Positions 1 through 9,117 of a stretch of 64,000 bases of DNA are shown in pieces. A program made the translations under genes and the position numbers. The notes beneath the pieces are model-generated. The model had not been told where the DNA came from and did not search any database. It was given only the letters and a program-made list of their open reading frames with translations. Numbering within the stretch: the first letter of the stretch is position 1; the number at the start of each line of letters is the position of its first letter. This DNA is from an uncultured Ignavibacteriales bacterium (GTDB taxonomy: Bacteria > Zixibacteria > MSB-5A5 > GN15 > JAAZOE01). The stretch is from assembly GCA_964526635.1 (NCBI GenBank), contig CAZGLR010000003.1, forward strand, positions 8,186 through 72,185, read 5' to 3'.

Positions 1-2
1 GC

Positions 3-3000
3 ATTGTCGGTCACTGTGCAATCGGTGAACGCCAGATTCTGATAGGTACCTGCCTTGAGATTGATATCGACACCGGCCATCCATGGCACAAAATACGAGG
101 GCATACCAACGTCGGTGAAACCGTTTTCGCTTACGGTACACGAGACGAACTCGGCATCGCTGAGTTTCTCGGCATAGATACCCTTGTGATTGTTGTGATT
201 GAAGGTTGTCGAGGTTACTGTGACCTGCTCAACAGTGCTGGCGTCGGCACTGACTTCTTTTTGCAGATACCAACCGTAGGTCAGGCTGTCGAAGGAGCAG
301 TTGTTTACAGTCAGGTAACGCAGACTTGATGTCAGATCGACATAAAGACCGCGTTCCTGCTCGGTGTTGGGATTGACATTATTTCCAACGACAATCACGT
401 TATCGAGGGTGATATACGAGATATCCAAACCGGTTCCCTCGGTGAAACGTCCCACACTGATCCCGGCCATGCCATCGGGAGCCACCCGAAGATCCTTAAT
501 CATGATAGGTGAAGCCGGCGAGTTACCGGATGCCGTTAGCTGAATTACACCGATTTTGGTATCTCCGGCGCCGGTCGGGTTTTGTGTGATTATCGTATTC
601 GTTGTGGTGTCAGTTCCGCTGCCGGCGCCGATAAGCTCAACATATTTGTCGACAGTAATATTCTCGACATATACTCCGGCGGCGATATTGACGGTGCTTC
701 CACTGACAGCATCGATTCCCTCCTGAATGTGCAGGGTGGAACCGAATTGCGGACTATCGTTATCGATCCAAAGAGCCGCAAAATCGCCCTGGAATCCGGG
801 ATCGCCACTGGTATCAGTACCGGAATCGAGCCATGGCGAGTAATCGACAGAACCATCGATCAGCCCGGCAATGGTGGCAGGATCATTGCTGCCATACCAG
901 TTGCCGGAGGCATTTTGTATATCGATGGTATTGGAGCCGACTGCATATGTATTTCCGGCCAGATTATTGCCGAAAGCAGTTAGTTCAACCGGGCTGCCAT
1001 AGTCGTAGGCGTAAATTCCATAATCCCAGTTTGAAACAATACAGTTTTCGACATTGAGTGTGACAGCATCAGGTGACGTTGAAAACGCCCCAATCCCCCA
1101 GCTGGCAGTTCCGCCGGTACCGGTTAGAGTGCTATTGCTTACGGTGACTGCCATTGGTGTTTTATCTGCATTGACAATTAATCCAGCCGGATCAATCGGG
1201 TGTGGCAAACGATGCGAAATGGCTGATTTGCTGGTAGTGGAATTATAGGCATAAAAGCCATCGCCGGTCGGATTGGTGATCGTCCCCTCATCAAACACAC
1301 CACTGCCGTCAATCCAGTACACGCTGGTCTGGCAGTTGTCGAGCGACATTCCGGTCAGGGTCATACTACCGGAGCAGATAATTCCCGAGGCTGTCCAGGA
1401 ATCACCGGTATAATCGATCTGACTGACGGCGCAGTTGTCCGCCGTGCCCGTAACACCGGCGCCGAACTGGATACCATTCTGTGCAGTCGTCGTCGTCGAT
1501 CCTTCACCGATGGTAGTAACATTATCGACATCAACCATCAATCCCGAACCATTGAGAACAACTGCCGTCTTCTGGAAATCATCAACGATCGCGTCGTTCA
1601 AAATAAGGCTGTAGGGACCGCCGTCGTCATTGCTAACGTAAATGCCGACCCCATGCTGGGCGCCGCTGAACGGCGTGTCCATGATGCCGGTAACATCGAC
1701 CGATGAGATACTGCCGCCGGCGTTGAAGTAAGCCAGGCCGACAAAACGGTAATTGCTGTTACCGCGGCCGGCCCCATCGATAGTCAGATCGCTGATCGCG
1801 ACAGCAGCACCATCATGTACATAAACCACCGGGTAGTTATTGTTACTGCCGGTAACGAAATAATCGGTCAACGAGGTGGGTGAAAGGATTGTCGTCTGGT
1901 CTTTGCCGGCACCGGTGATGGTGAGATTGCCGGCAACAGTGACCTGCTCTTCATAGGTTCCTGCCGCGATAGTGATATGATCGCCGGCGGTAGAATTGTT
2001 AACCGCGTTCTGAATGTGAAGATAATGTTCGGTGGTCAGATCCCAGTCTATTGGCAGATAGGCGATTTCGCAATCGCCGAAAGTCGGGCCATTATCAGTT
2101 TCGGTCGAGAAAAACAAGTGAGCGCCGCCATCGGCGTAGATCCCGCACGGCCAGAATTCCCACCACTCGGCACCGCCATAGCCGCCATAGCTGATACTTC
2201 TGGCCGGCGACCAGGTCGACGAAGAACCATCGAATACGGCCTGAACCAGATATTGACGGTCGGTGGCCACATATGGCGCAGTCACCAGGTACAGATTGGT
2301 GCCATCATTAAACAGGCAGGGATCATAAAGACCACTGCCGCTTATGGCTGTGGAATGCGGATTAAAAAGCGGCAATGGGCTGGTAACGGCCGAATGAATC
2401 TCGACATCCCCGGTGCCGTCTTCGATGGAGGCAACAAATAACACCCCAAGTTTGCTCAGCAGTACCGTGACTTTGGGCATGTTACCGTCGCTGATATCAA
2501 CCTTGGAACTGAGAGTTGTGCCATCCCAGGTATAGCAGTCGGAAGAGCCATCGGACGACTCCCAGACGATATAGATGCGGTTGCCATCGCCGGCCACATT
2601 AACATGTCCCCCGGCCGCGGTCGCGGAATTTATGAGTTCAACCGGCCCGCTCCATGTCGAGCCATCATACACGTAGTAGTAGAGACCGCGGTTGGCGCCA
2701 TCCTGTCCGCTGGAGGCGAAGCAATAGAGATTGCCGCCAAAGGATGCAGCCGAAACAACGCGCTGGCTGAAACCAGCCGGCCGGCTGGTTTCCGACAGGG
2801 TCAGTTTAGTTTCTGTCGCCGATGCGAGGTCCCCGATATTCGCGGCGGTTTTGTAATAAATCGTGTAGGTATCGGCATCGGGGTTGTAGCTGCCATCGCG
2901 GATACCCCCGGTTGAGACGTCGTCCCCTTTGACGTAAAACAGCCAATAGGAGCTGCCGTTGTAAATCACCGAAGGGTTACGATCGAACGCGGAGTTGTCG

Positions 3001-3101
3001 GTAATATACGATGGCTGGCTGACATCAATTGAAGCTGCTCCTGCGCTCGCTGCAAGCAGCAATACACAAAACAGCGTATGCCAAAAAAAGGTGAGCTTCA
3101 T
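3..3101 (-). CDS. Large secreted protein, partial (runs off the left edge): N-terminal propeller-like region followed by right-handed beta-helix (pectin lyase-like) repeats
   Basis: Not in the ORF track because it has no stop inside the window. Manual translation from ATG 3101 gives MKLTFFWHTLFCVLLLAASAGAA (signal peptide), later 'HIQNAVNNSTAGDHITIAAGTYEEQVTV', a typical beta-helix cap, then Gly/Asn/Thr-rich coils. Confidence 0.8.
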   Translation of the reverse strand, partial: MKLTFFWHTLFCVLLLAASAGAASIDVSQPSYITDNSAFDRNPSVIYNGSSYWLFYVKGDDVSTGGIRDGSYNPDADTYTIYYKTAANIGDLASATETKLTLSETSRPAGFSQRVVSAASFGGNLYCFASSGQDGANRGLYYYVYDGSTWSGPVELINSATAAGGHVNVAGDGNRIYIVWESSDGSSDCYTWDGTTLSSKVDISDGNMPKVTVLLSKLGVLFVASIEDGTGDVEIHSAVTSPLPLFNPHSTAISGSGLYDPCLFNDGTNLYLVTAPYVATDRQYLVQAVFDGSSSTWSPARSISYGGYGGAEWWEFWPCGIYADGGAHLFFSTETDNGPTFGDCEIAYLPIDWDLTTEHYLHIQNAVNNSTAGDHITIAAGTYEEQVTVAGNLTITGAGKDQTTILSPTSLTDYFVTGSNNNYPVVYVHDGAAVAISDLTIDGAGRGNSNYRFVGLAYFNAGGSISSVDVTGIMDTPFSGAQHGVGIYVSNDDGGPYSLILNDAIVDDFQKTAVVLNGSGLMVDVDNVTTIGEGSTTTTAQNGIQFGAGVTGTADNCAVSQIDYTGDSWTASGIICSGSMTLTGMSLDNCQTSVYWIDGSGVFDEGTITNPTGDGFYAYNSTTSKSAISHRLPHPIDPAGLIVNADKTPMAVTVSNSTLTGTGGTASWGIGAFSTSPDAVTLNVENCIVSNWDYGIYAYDYGSPVELTAFGNNLAGNTYAVGSNTIDIQNASGNWYGSNDPATIAGLIDGSVDYSPWLDSGTDTSGDPGFQGDFAALWIDNDSPQFGSTLHIQEGIDAVSGSTVNIAAGVYVENITVDKYVELIGAGSGTDTTTNTIITQNPTGAGDTKIGVIQLTASGNSPASPIMIKDLRVAPDGMAGISVGRFTEGTGLDISYITLDNVIVVGNNVNPNTEQERGLYVDLTSSLRYLTVNNCSFDSLTYGWYLQKEVSADASTVEQVTVTSTTFNHNNHKGIYAEKLSDAEFVSCTVSENGFTDVGMPSYFVPWMAGVDINLKAGTYQNLAFTDCTVTDN

Positions 3102-4032
3102 GGATCCCCCTAACTCAAGGATTGTGGTTTTTACCATACCTGCCCGCAGTAATATGATGGAATGCTGCATTGGGACAGATTACTTCTAATGCCTGGGGTG
3201 ATTATTGAAGATAGGAGTATCCTGCTGTTTTGATTAGTGGTGAAGAACGATGCACAAACGTGTTGATTAGCCACGGCTTCCCACCCGACAATACGCCTCA
3301 GGCAAATGTCACACGTGCTCTTTTGATGTGTTCTTTGATTCTGCGCAGTAGTGGCAGAAGTGAACACTGCCGTGAAAGACCGCCCCTGGTCTTTCATAAC
3401 CTCAACTCAATATGGTGACTCCGCAAATGCGAGTCAAGACTTAACTGTGATATTGTCGGAAAAGTGCAAATAAATGTGATGCGACGACACAGAAAGATAT
3501 ATATACTCGTTCGCCTGTGACTCGTCTCCAACAATCAGGCATTTTGATCCGACTTATGCCCGGTCTTTTTCATTTTAGTCCCATAGTCAATGTATGTAAG
3601 TAAACTCTGAGAGCGGTAGAATAATTTTTGAAATTAATCGGAACTCAATTCATGCGCCTGTCCGCTGTTGATCGTGCGATGGAATTGATTGAAGCACAGA
3701 AACATCCCCAATAAGACTGCTGACTCTTTGAAAAGTGACGGTGGTTGATTCCCGTAACTTGTTGATTGATACTTCTCGATAACTAAATAACTGCTACGGC
3801 TCTTAAATCTATCATATTGAGACGCAAAACTATCTCAAAATCACTGAGTTCTGTCCAGCCGGGAGGGCTTTTTTTGTGCCTGATTTTAGCGAAACACTCG
3901 CAGCAGAACAATTATACAATCACGCGTCCGCTATTCGGTCAGAAGGATATACAGAGTGGCGGCACAGCGCTCGGTATTTGACGCGGGGATCAAAAATCCT
4001 GCAATCAGCCCACCCACGGGGATGGCCGCTGC

Positions 4033-5280
4033 CTACCGGCGGCGTTTACTCATGGTTGATTTCCGCCGAGAGGGACCTTCAGGTCGTTTCTTCTGTTTTG
4101 GTAGTGGTGCCTTCCGGGACTCCCTCTCCGGCCGGAGAGGAGATATCCGTCGGGGCGGCAATGACGGAACCTTTTTGATTGATAGTCCGGTTTTTATCAA
4201 CCGTTCGATATCCTTGATATCTTTTCGCTGATCGAGCGTGGCAAAAGAGATTGCCCTTCCGGCCATCCCGGCACGGGCCGTTCTACCGATGCGATGCACG
4301 TAATCCTGATGGTTGTCGGGCAGATCATAGTTGATGACCAGTTCGATCCCGACCACATCAATGCCTCGAGCGGCAATGTCCGTGGCGACCAGGATCCGGT
4401 ACTTACCGGCCTTGAAACCCTCCAGGGCGTCACGGCGCTGTCCCTGAGTACGGTCGGAGTGTATTTCTGCGGCCGAATGTCCCTCGCGACGCAAAATGCG
4501 AGTTATCTTGCGGGCGCCATGCTTGGTGCGAGAAAACACCAGTACCGGTCCCTGATATTGCTCCAGTACAGCATGGAGGAGTTGGCCCTTCGCCTGTTTC
4601 TCGATAAAGAAAACTTCCTGTACGATATTCTCGGCTGCCGTTCCTGAGGGAGCTATTTCGATGTTAATCGGCAATTTCATATGCTGTCGGGCCAGACCCA
4701 AAATCTCGGGTGGCATTGTGGCCGAGAACAGCATTGTCTGCCGTTCAGCGGCAATCATCTTAATCACCTTGTTTATCTGGGGTGCGAAACCCATATCGAG
4801 CATCCGATCGGCCTCGTCCAGCACAAGCACTTGAACGTCAGAGAGATTAACTATCTTTCGTTCAATAAAATCAACCAGGCGTCCGGGGGTAGCAATGATT
4901 ATGCGCGGGTTTTGCTGGAGTGACCGCCTCTGTTGTCCCTCGGGCACGCCTCCGATCACAACCGCCAATCGCAGGCCGAGGGTTTTCCCCAGGGCCTGCA
5001 GTGACTCGCCGACTTGTTGCGCAAGTTCGCGAGTGGGGAGAAGTACGAGGGCACGTCCCTTGAGTTGTGCCAGCCGCTGGAGCAGGGGGATACCGAACGC
5101 AAGGGTCTTGCCGGTACCTGTCTGCGCAATCGCGATCATGTCTTTTCCCGTGAGTCCGACGGGTATCGAGCGACGCTGAATGGGGGTCGGTTCGGTGAAC
5201 TCGAGACGGGCAATGGCCGTGAGCAGTCCGGGAGCGATACCCAGGCCGCCGAATCCTGTGGCGTGTAATTTCTTTGACAT
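4033..5280 (-). CDS. DEAD-box RNA helicase (RhlE-like)
   Basis: Q motif PTPIQ, AQTGTGKT, PTRELA, TPGRL, LDEADRMLDMGF, SAT, ARGID, HRIGRTAR and a basic C-terminal tail. Likely start MSKK at 5280. Confidence 0.95.
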   Translation of the reverse strand: MSKKLHATGFGGLGIAPGLLTAIARLEFTEPTPIQRRSIPVGLTGKDMIAIAQTGTGKTLAFGIPLLQRLAQLKGRALVLLPTRELAQQVGESLQALGKTLGLRLAVVIGGVPEGQQRRSLQQNPRIIIATPGRLVDFIERKIVNLSDVQVLVLDEADRMLDMGFAPQINKVIKMIAAERQTMLFSATMPPEILGLARQHMKLPINIEIAPSGTAAENIVQEVFFIEKQAKGQLLHAVLEQYQGPVLVFSRTKHGARKITRILRREGHSAAEIHSDRTQGQRRDALEGFKAGKYRILVATDIAARGIDVVGIELVINYDLPDNHQDYVHRIGRTARAGMAGRAISFATLDQRKDIKDIERLIKTGLSIKKVPSLPPRRISPLRPERESRKAPLPKQKKRPEGPSRRKSTMSKRRR

Positions 5281-5824
5281 GTGGGAGTGTACGAAAAATT
5301 GACTGTAAAACATAGCTTTCTGTTGGAGAATTTAGATAAACGGACACGGATTATTATCATCGTCACCGGCGCGCAGAAGACGTATCACCTGAGTCGAAGT
5401 CATATCAGCCCGTTCGGACGCGCAAAGGTCAGTAAATTTGTCTAATCACGTGAGCTTTTTTTGTACTCTCTGCGGGACATCTTGATAGATCGGCGACCGA
5501 AGGAGCTTTTTGATATATCGATTAGAATCGATTATTGTGGTCTCTAAAATCTTTGCATTATTCAGGACTAAGAACTTGAGTTAGTTTCGAACTCTCGATC
5601 GGCTTTTATTGGCGTGCCGTCTTCCCGCCATGAAATAAAAGACCCTGTGTTGGCCGTTTTTTTTTGGGGATGATGGCCATAAATATTACGCTGTCAAGAA
5701 AGACAATACTGATTATATTTAGGCATTAAGCGGGAAGGCGACAATGCATTGCACTGTCGGGCCAGTTCAACTTTGTTCCCCAAGCCCAGCTCATTAAACC
5801 CTTCAGATCAAAGTTTAATTTCAT

Positions 5825-6267
5825 CTATTCTTCACCCTTTGAGATTGCATTTAATATTTTAAGCTTTATCTCTTCATTATCTATTTCATCATTGATCACA
5901 GCACAGATAATCTCATGAAGAAGCTCTTTATTAATTTTGCCACCCGCAACATGGTAGCTTATATTCTCCATATCGCGAATAAACCTGCTTGCTACAAAAA
6001 CGTACCCATTGTTTATGAGGAATTTCGCCCCCAACGCAATCGCTATTCTCTTATTTCCGTCCTGAAAACAATGGAAGTTGCATGCACAGAAAAACAAATG
6101 AGTTAACTTTTTCTCAAATGTCGGGTAATAGTCATCATTTTGCATATGGGACAATGCACTCTCAAGAGGTCCCGTATCGATCAGTCCGAAAAGCCCCCGC
6201 CACTTATCTCAACGGTTTTCTTATGAACTTCAATCGCTTGTTCTATCGTAAGATATATGAGAGCCAC
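5825..6267 (-). pseudogene. Fic/Doc family (death-on-curing-like) toxin, frameshifted
   Basis: HCFQDGNKRIA motif. The N-terminus (GTG at 6267, VALIYLTIEQAIEVHKKTVEISGGGF) is in a different frame from GLIDTGPLESALSHMQ...; one base is missing at the T run around 6189-6192. Confidence 0.8.
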
Positions 6268-7301
6268 TACTCGCGCTCCTTGAGACGTTTAAGGACCTCC
6301 TTGGATTCTTCCAGACGTTCAATAAGCTCTTTGCTCTTTTCGCCCAGGAAGCGTTCGAACTCTCTGGAGTCCAATGGAGCGAGATAGTCCTTCAATTGCT
6401 TGTGCAAAGCATCGCGGAATGCAAGATCACGGCTGGCCATTTTACTTCGAGCTTTCTCTACCAATGGTTTCCAATGAGCCTGACTTTCAAACTCAGCGAA
6501 TAGCTCATCAACCTCCCAAGAACTAAGTTTGCGCCCCACGCTCTTGTAGGCGTCTTCGAGAACTTTCGCAAATCCGTATTCATATGCAGAAACCAGATCG
6601 AGAATTTCCGAATAGAATGTATCTCTGACTTTGTCGCTTTCCTGTAGCCGTAGTATTTTCCGTTACTCCTGTGCGTTCTCCTTGAAAATGCTCACGTAAA
6701 TCTTGTTCGTATAGGCGGGATATTTGAAATTGCCCATGTCAACGTAGTCTCGCAGGGCATCAGTGAATTCCTTGCGATAATTCTCTTCCTTGAAATAGGA
6801 GATTATGAAATCTTCATCCCTCTGATTAATATACTTTGTGCCGCCGCCGGTTCTCTGATTGATTGTGTCGATTACAATGTCCAGAATGGCCTGGCGCAGA
6901 ATGCGGGCGCGCTCACTCTCGGTAATGAGCATGGCAAGATTAAGAAATGCCCGAAAATCGAATATCCCCAGCATAGTGGTCTTGTGCAAAGTTTTGCCTA
7001 CGAAATCTGTTTCGTTACCAAACTGCTTTTTGACAGCTATTTTATAGTCCTGCAAGGACTTGCCTCGCAGAATCTCGTAACCGTTTTGCTTGAGCTCAGA
7101 TTCGAATTTCGAGAGGTAATTGTCGATTGTCCGTGGCTCAACTTCAAAGAACTCAGCGACTTGCTCTTTCAAAAGCGTTAGCTTGCCTTGGAATGCAATT
7201 CCTTGCAACTTCGTAGCTTTTTTGATCTCTTCAACGGCGTAGGGATTGTTGAGAATATTCTGGCGGTCAACATCTGATTTGGTCAGGTCTTTACTCATCA
7301 T
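6267..7301 (-). pseudogene. Putative DNA-binding protein partnered with the Doc gene, interrupted by an in-frame TAA
   Basis: ORFs 6663..7301 and 6267..6539 are in the same frame. Reading through TAA 6663-6665 gives continuous ...ENAQE*RKILRLQESDKVRDTFYSEILDLVSAYEYGFAK... Confidence 0.75.
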
Positions 7302-7914
7302 TACCCCCCACGCCGTGCGGAATACTATTTGACGGGTGGCCCGACAATGCTATGCATTGCCGGTTCCCGTTTGCGGCTTTATCATAATCACTACAGTCAA
7401 TTATTGCAACAAATGGGTTTTGTGGGAAATCAAAAGCAAACAATCCCGGCCGAAACCGACAGGTGGCCCGCTGTAAACTTCTGCGGCGGGTTCCAGCCAT
7501 AAGGGCGATGAATTCAACTCATTAGTTTACATCCATCTCATCGGCAGGAAACCGCCCATTGCTACGCAACGGGCGGGCCACCCGGCCTGTCTTTCCCATC
7601 ACCCATCCTGAATCAATGGTACATTTGTCATCGCCCATCCCGCATCGTTTCCAGCAAATCTGCTTGACCGCCCGACATTTGACCGTATACTGTACATATT
7701 CGGGTAATGACCGGATGATTGACTTTTTTGTATGACGGTCCCACGAGGATCGACGGTTGTTGCTGCGGATATAGTCAGAGACGTACCCAAATGGCCCCGA
7801 ACAAGCGGTCGGGCTCTATCTAAAGTGAAGCCCGGTGCCGATGTATGGTACATACGGTGAAGTATCTTCAGTGTCTGAGACAGCTTTGCCGAAACGCGGA
7901 TTAGACTCTGACTG

Positions 7915-8487
7915 ATGACCCAGCGCTCGAAACACAATATCGATTCTTTGATTGCCCGCTGCATCGAGGGCGACGACAGCGCCTGGCATGATCTCATAGA
8001 CCTGATCGCGCCGATGGTGTTTGCTGTCTGCAAAAAAAGCCAGTTATCCCGTGATGAGAGCTTTGATATTTTCGGACAGGTCAGCCTGCAGTTGATCAAT
8101 ACCATTCCGACACTGAAATCGCCGGAAAAAATTATGAGTTTTGTAGCGACCATCACCCGCCGCCGGATATATAAGTTTTATCACCAGGTGATTCTGGAGG
8201 GGGTACGCGATGAGGATGCGCTTTATACCCTGCCGACCGATTCCCACGAGAATCCGGAAACTATCTACGAACTGAGTGAAAAGCGGGAAATGCTGCTGCG
8301 AGCGCTTAATAAACTAACGCCTCGGGAACGACGAATAATCACGCACCTGTTTTTCGATGAAAAAGAGCTGAGTTATGAGGAGATTGCGCAAAAAATGAAC
8401 ATCCCGGTATCATCGATCGGGCCGACCCGGGCCAAGGCGCTGATAAAACTGCGCCGTATCATGGCCTACAAGAGATTTAAATTATAG
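7915..8487 (+). CDS. ECF (sigma-70 group 4) RNA polymerase sigma factor
   Basis: Region 2-like 'LIARCIEGDDSAWHDLIDLIAPMVFAVC...DIFGQV' and region 4 'LNKLTPRERRII...LSYEEIAQKMNIPVSSIGPTRAKALIKLR'. Confidence 0.93.
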   Translation: MTQRSKHNIDSLIARCIEGDDSAWHDLIDLIAPMVFAVCKKSQLSRDESFDIFGQVSLQLINTIPTLKSPEKIMSFVATITRRRIYKFYHQVILEGVRDEDALYTLPTDSHENPETIYELSEKREMLLRALNKLTPRERRIITHLFFDEKELSYEEIAQKMNIPVSSIGPTRAKALIKLRRIMAYKRFKL

Positions 8488-8518
8488 GTATTTTCGCGAA
8501 CCAAAATCGAGACCTATA
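8487..8518 (+). promoter_or_regulatory. Putative ECF promoter, copy 1 (GGTATTTT-N16-GACC-TATA)
   Basis: Overlaps the sigma gene stop codon and ends 14 nt before the ATG at 8533. The same motif and spacing recur at 13349, 13526 and 16713. Confidence 0.65.
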
Positions 8519-8532
8519 ATTAGGATAAGAGT

Positions 8533-9117
8533 ATGAGCAACAAGATCGACATATACAGGCTGATAATCGATTTAATCGAGGGGCGGTTGTCCGGCACAGA
8601 AGCCCGGCGGCTGAAAAAACTCATCGATGAAGATCCTGCGCTCCAGCAGATTATGGACATGGCCACGCGTCTGCGCGCCGAGGGACAGCATATCGGATGG
8701 TCAGATATTCGCGGGGCCGTACATGATTTATTGGATCGCCAGTTACGACAGCATAAATCGCGGCAGGGCAATCTCCGCAAGGCATTCCTGACCTTTGATT
8801 CAAGTTTGTTACCCCTGCCCGAGGGTATACGGCCGGCGACTGTCAGTGAACGGCGCCTGAAATTTCAAATCGAAGATGATGTCCTGGAAATCGGTCTTTA
8901 TCCGTTGTCACTCAATTCATATGAGGTCATCGGCCAGCTTCCCGATACCTTTGCCGATACCGGGCTCTCGGTCGCCATTCGCTGTGGCAACCGGATGATT
9001 GCCGGTGACATCGGCGAATTCGGGGTATTCCATTTTGATCGTGTCCCGACGGGACCATGTAGTATTGTTATCTCGTCCGGCAAAAAGGCAGAAATCGAGG
9101 TCGATCTGGAGATATGA
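8533..9117 (+). CDS. Putative soluble anti-sigma factor / CHAT substrate
   Basis: N-terminal helix pattern 'LIIDLIEGRLSGTEARRLKKLIDEDPALQQ' resembles anti-sigma domains without Zn ligands. Beta-rich C-terminus 'GEFGVFHFDRVPTGPCSIVI'; no TM segment; lies between sigma and CHAT and overlaps the CHAT start (ATGA). Confidence 0.6.
   Translation: MSNKIDIYRLIIDLIEGRLSGTEARRLKKLIDEDPALQQIMDMATRLRAEGQHIGWSDIRGAVHDLLDRQLRQHKSRQGNLRKAFLTFDSSLLPLPEGIRPATVSERRLKFQIEDDVLEIGLYPLSLNSYEVIGQLPDTFADTGLSVAIRCGNRMIAGDIGEFGVFHFDRVPTGPCSIVISSGKKAEIEVDLEI

Noticed and set aside
582..2915. Several short plus-strand ORFs
   Set aside because: Shadows of the large minus-strand gene starting at 3101.
3800..3880. Possible c-di-GMP-I riboswitch (GACGCAAAAC followed by a hairpin and T run)
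   Set aside because: Lacks the upstream GGCAAA/GNRA stem, and no co-oriented gene follows.
7618..7646. Autoregulatory motif upstream of the sigma gene (GGTACATT...CATC)
   Set aside because: Too many mismatches in both boxes.
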